The translations under genes were made by a program, and so were the position numbers. The notes under the pieces are model-generated. The model was given only the letters and a program-made list of their open reading frames with translations, was not told the origin of the DNA and searched no databases. A stretch of DNA of 64,000 nt from Candidatus Latescibacterota bacterium (GTDB lineage: Bacteria > Latescibacterota > UBA2968 > UBA8231): NCBI GenBank assembly GCA_965248265.1, contig CBDFJF010000002.1, positions 3,840,001 through 3,904,000 of the forward strand, read 5' to 3'. Positions 61,781 to 64,000 of the stretch are shown here, in pieces (position 1 is the first letter of the stretch; each line of letters opens with the position of its first letter).

Positions 61781-62077
61781 ATGTGGGGATGGAAAACAGT
61801 GGAGAGGCAGATCACCCCGAGTATCTCACTCGAGAACGCCCGGGACTTACTGATCGAGGAGGGCTTTTCCGAGCATGTTGCAAACCCAAACCATATCATC
61901 ATGAAGCGTTCCGGGACCCAGCTTGCCGTATCAGGCGAGAAGTTCCCCGTAGAGTTAGCGGTCGCGCAAGCAGAAACAGGTCTCTTTCTCCAGCTTCGAT
62001 ACGATACTTTTGCCCTGTTCGACACCGGAGACCTTGGTCGATTAGCCGACTCACTCGCCGAAAAGCTGTCCCAATAG
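61781..62077 (+). CDS. Hypothetical protein (cassette, 98 aa)
   Basis: GGAGG RBS; fills the cassette between two attCs. Confidence 0.7.
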   Translation: MWGWKTVERQITPSISLENARDLLIEEGFSEHVANPNHIIMKRSGTQLAVSGEKFPVELAVAQAETGLFLQLRYDTFALFDTGDLGRLADSLAEKLSQ

Positions 62078-62086
62078 CCCCACAAC

Positions 62087-62174
62087 CGATAACAGCACCG
62101 TTCGCGCGGCGCGCCGTTCGGCGCTTGGCCTTCGGCAACCGCTTCGCGGTTCGCAAACCGGCGAAACGTTATAC
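62087..62174 (+). other. attC site (branched family)
   Basis: CGATAAC..GTTCGCG...CGCAAAC..GTTATAC. Confidence 0.87.
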
Positions 62175-62192
62175 GAAATCCTTTGAGTGATC

Positions 62193-62729
62193 ATGTCAGA
62201 TAATCCCGCTGGCTGGTGTCTTGGCGGTAGCCATCCGAACGACTATGAAGTCGGAGTGGATAGAGATAAGGCTTATAGCGGTGGGGCCAGCGGCTTCATC
62301 AAGTGCACAACACCGAATCCGGCTGGCTTTGGTGCCCTTCATCAAGTATGCAAAGCGGATAAGTTTCTCGGACAACGTCTCAGAATGTCCGCATTCCTCG
62401 CAGCCAAATTCGTACAGAACTGGACAGGTCTCCTGCTCAGGGTGGACGGGATCGCTGGAAACCTATTGAGTTTCGACAACATGCAAGATAGGCCGCTTAG
62501 GGGATCCTTCGATTGGGAGAGTTTCGATGTAGTTCTAGATGTTCCACACGATGGCCATCGCATGACGTTCGGACTTCTCCTTGTTGGCCCCGGACAGGTT
62601 TGGGTTGACAGCTTTGCGTTCGAGCAAGTAGGGAGCGAGGTACCTACTACAGGAAGGGGCAAACGCCGGGCGGAGCTCAACCTTCCAGACGGACCGGTGA
62701 ATCTTGGCTTTGAGGATAGTCAGATGTAG
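62193..62729 (+). CDS. Stand-alone galactose-binding-like beta-sandwich domain protein (cassette)
   Basis: PAGW..GS.P.DY.VG.D, LRVD, FDNMQDRP..G..DW, VVLDVP, G.VW.D, NLGFE; a domain type usually fused to regulators or hydrolases. Confidence 0.7.
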   Translation: MSDNPAGWCLGGSHPNDYEVGVDRDKAYSGGASGFIKCTTPNPAGFGALHQVCKADKFLGQRLRMSAFLAAKFVQNWTGLLLRVDGIAGNLLSFDNMQDRPLRGSFDWESFDVVLDVPHDGHRMTFGLLLVGPGQVWVDSFAFEQVGSEVPTTGRGKRRAELNLPDGPVNLGFEDSQM

Positions 62730-62769
62730 TGGCTGCGTTGCTGATGAGAATGGTTAGCTCTGCGGCTTC

Positions 62770-62854
62770 GTATAACACGTCCGTGCCCGGCTTCGGGCGT
62801 ACGCCCTTCGCGCAATCCGCTTCGCGGGTTCGGGCGGCGGCGAAAACATTATGC
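62770..62854 (+). other. attC site with mutated crossover (ATT instead of GTT)
   Basis: GTATAAC..GCCCG...CGGGC..ATTATGC. Confidence 0.75.
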
Positions 62855-62895
62855 GAAGGCTTTGACCAAGATGCTATTTTCGTCTAGGAGGCAAG

Positions 62896-63348
62896 ATGCT
62901 CGATTCGTCCGGATTGGCTCCTTACCGCACGGTGCACACGGTTGCCGTGGCGCTATTGGCAACAGTTTGTGCAAGCCTGATCCATGCTGGGGTCCACTGG
63001 CTCCAACCTGAGTCGGCCCACGCTACGAGACTCTCAATGACTCCCATCCTTCCGTTTCTCGCCGCCTCGCTGTTTGCCGGAACCCGCGCCAAATTTAGGC
63101 ACGCACCTGAGGCGTTTCTGTGGCTCAACTCAATTATCTTGTCCGCAATCGGGGTTGGCGCGCGCGTCGGGCATGCAATTCTGAGCGACGGCCATTTCGC
63201 ACATCACATATATGTTGGAATCTCTTGGCCGTTTCTGGCAGTCATCACGTTTCAGTTTGGATTGGCGTCTGCTCTCTTTTTCGGGCTTGGATTTGGTTCG
63301 TGGCGACTATCAAAACGCGTGGGGGTGAATCCGCACCATCCTGACTGA
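62896..63348 (+). CDS. Hypothetical 4-TM membrane protein (cassette)
   Basis: AGGAGG RBS; hydrophobic segments; lies between attCs. Confidence 0.7.
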   Translation: MLDSSGLAPYRTVHTVAVALLATVCASLIHAGVHWLQPESAHATRLSMTPILPFLAASLFAGTRAKFRHAPEAFLWLNSIILSAIGVGARVGHAILSDGHFAHHIYVGISWPFLAVITFQFGLASALFFGLGFGSWRLSKRVGVNPHHPD

Positions 63349-63419
63349 GACCTGGTTCAGCCTTCTCGAATCGAGGTGCTGACCATGGCGGAACGACCTG
63401 CGCGAGTTGGGAAGCCATC

Positions 63420-63502
63420 GCATAACACCGTGCCCCCGGCTACGGCGCGTTCGCGCCTTCGCCCAACCGCTACGCGGTTCAGGGACACGAGAACCGTTAT
63501 GA
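63420..63502 (+). other. attC site (branched family)
   Basis: GCATAAC-AC-CGTGCCCC...GGGACACG-AGAACC-GTTATGA. Confidence 0.85.
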
Positions 63503-63723
63503 GAAATGCCCAACTAATACTATCGCTTGTTCCACTGAACTACCAATGGCACGTTTCCATCAGGGGTACTTTATACGTCGACAGAAGAAGCAGATGATCA
63601 CATCAAATGCCGGGCTGGAAAGATGGGTCGCACATGGTATAGAGCGTAGATGAAAGGCATTTTTGCTGGGTCAATGGGATCGATTCCGTTTTTGTAGTTC
63701 AATCACGCGTTTGCAGGCGAAAA

Positions 63724-64000
63724 ATGATGTTGCCGAAAGCATACAAAAGCTTAAACCGCTTTTCAAAATGGATGATGGCTCTATCGCTCCCCTTTGTTAT
63801 TACAGGGTTGGTGTTCGTCGTGCATACCTATTTCTTCCTTCAGCAGGTAGTGCCTGGCAAGGGTACCATCATACAGTTGATGGAAAGACCCAATGATGCT
63901 GGCGACATGCTCTATGCCGCCGTCTTCACTTTTTTCGATGCCGACGGACAACAGCACAAGATCGTCTCGTCGACCGCTAGTAATCCTCCCATTGGTGATG
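63724..64000 (+). CDS. DUF3592-like membrane protein, partial (runs off the window; not in the ORF track)
   Basis: MMLPKAYK..TM..GKGTIIQL..YAAVFTFFDADGQQH..SSTASNPP. Confidence 0.7.
   Translation, partial: MMLPKAYKSLNRFSKWMMALSLPFVITGLVFVVHTYFFLQQVVPGKGTIIQLMERPNDAGDMLYAAVFTFFDADGQQHKIVSSTASNPPIGD

Larger units (their letters stand above)
50182..64000 (+). mobile_element. Integron gene-cassette array with no integrase in the window (CALIN-like); continues past the window end
   Basis: Co-oriented short ORFs separated by YAAC...GTT imperfect palindromes; R' and the next R'' are complementary across cassettes; composition is heterogeneous. Confidence 0.85.

Noticed and set aside
59192-63502. 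Regularly recurring repeats read as a CRISPR array
   Set aside because: The repeats are 83-93 bp, divergent, and separated by whole genes. No cas genes are present and attC hallmarks fit instead.
59190-63504. R'' at 59190 (TCTCATAAC) complementary to R' at 63496 (GTTATGAGA) as evidence of rearrangement
   Set aside because: Only a few bases beyond the shared consensus match, so coincidence is likely. The true partner probably lies beyond the window.

Overview
Bacterial chromosomal window with two parts. Bases 1 to about 48.8 kb are mostly housekeeping and metabolic genes: a sigma54-type flagellar rod/ring operon (flgF-flgG-flgA-flgH), a fused indolepyruvate oxidoreductase, rpiA, ilvD, thrC, and a fatty acyl-CoA reductase-lgt-OYE operon divergent from an MCE/Mla ABC operon containing an unknown beta-barrel-like gene. 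Also present are folA, aspC, a cysteine desulfurase, nadC, aceE and several unknown proteins. From about 50.2 kb to the window end lies an integron-type gene-cassette array with no integrase in the window. It has 8 recognisable attC sites plus eroded ones, and the R'/R'' cores match across successive cassettes. Six of the attCs form a family whose centre is a set of short hairpins (GNA-loop minihairpins on the bottom strand) instead of a simple stem. The head of the array is an abrupt junction between a truncated serpin and a truncated kinase cassette. The array carries a complete IIB-type group II intron with an apparent AUGCG 5' end, inserted antisense into a hairpin just after an attC. It also carries an IS481-family element and a frameshifted 3.2 kb CBM9-7TM-adenylate cyclase gene. 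All calls come from reading motifs by eye; no database searches were run.
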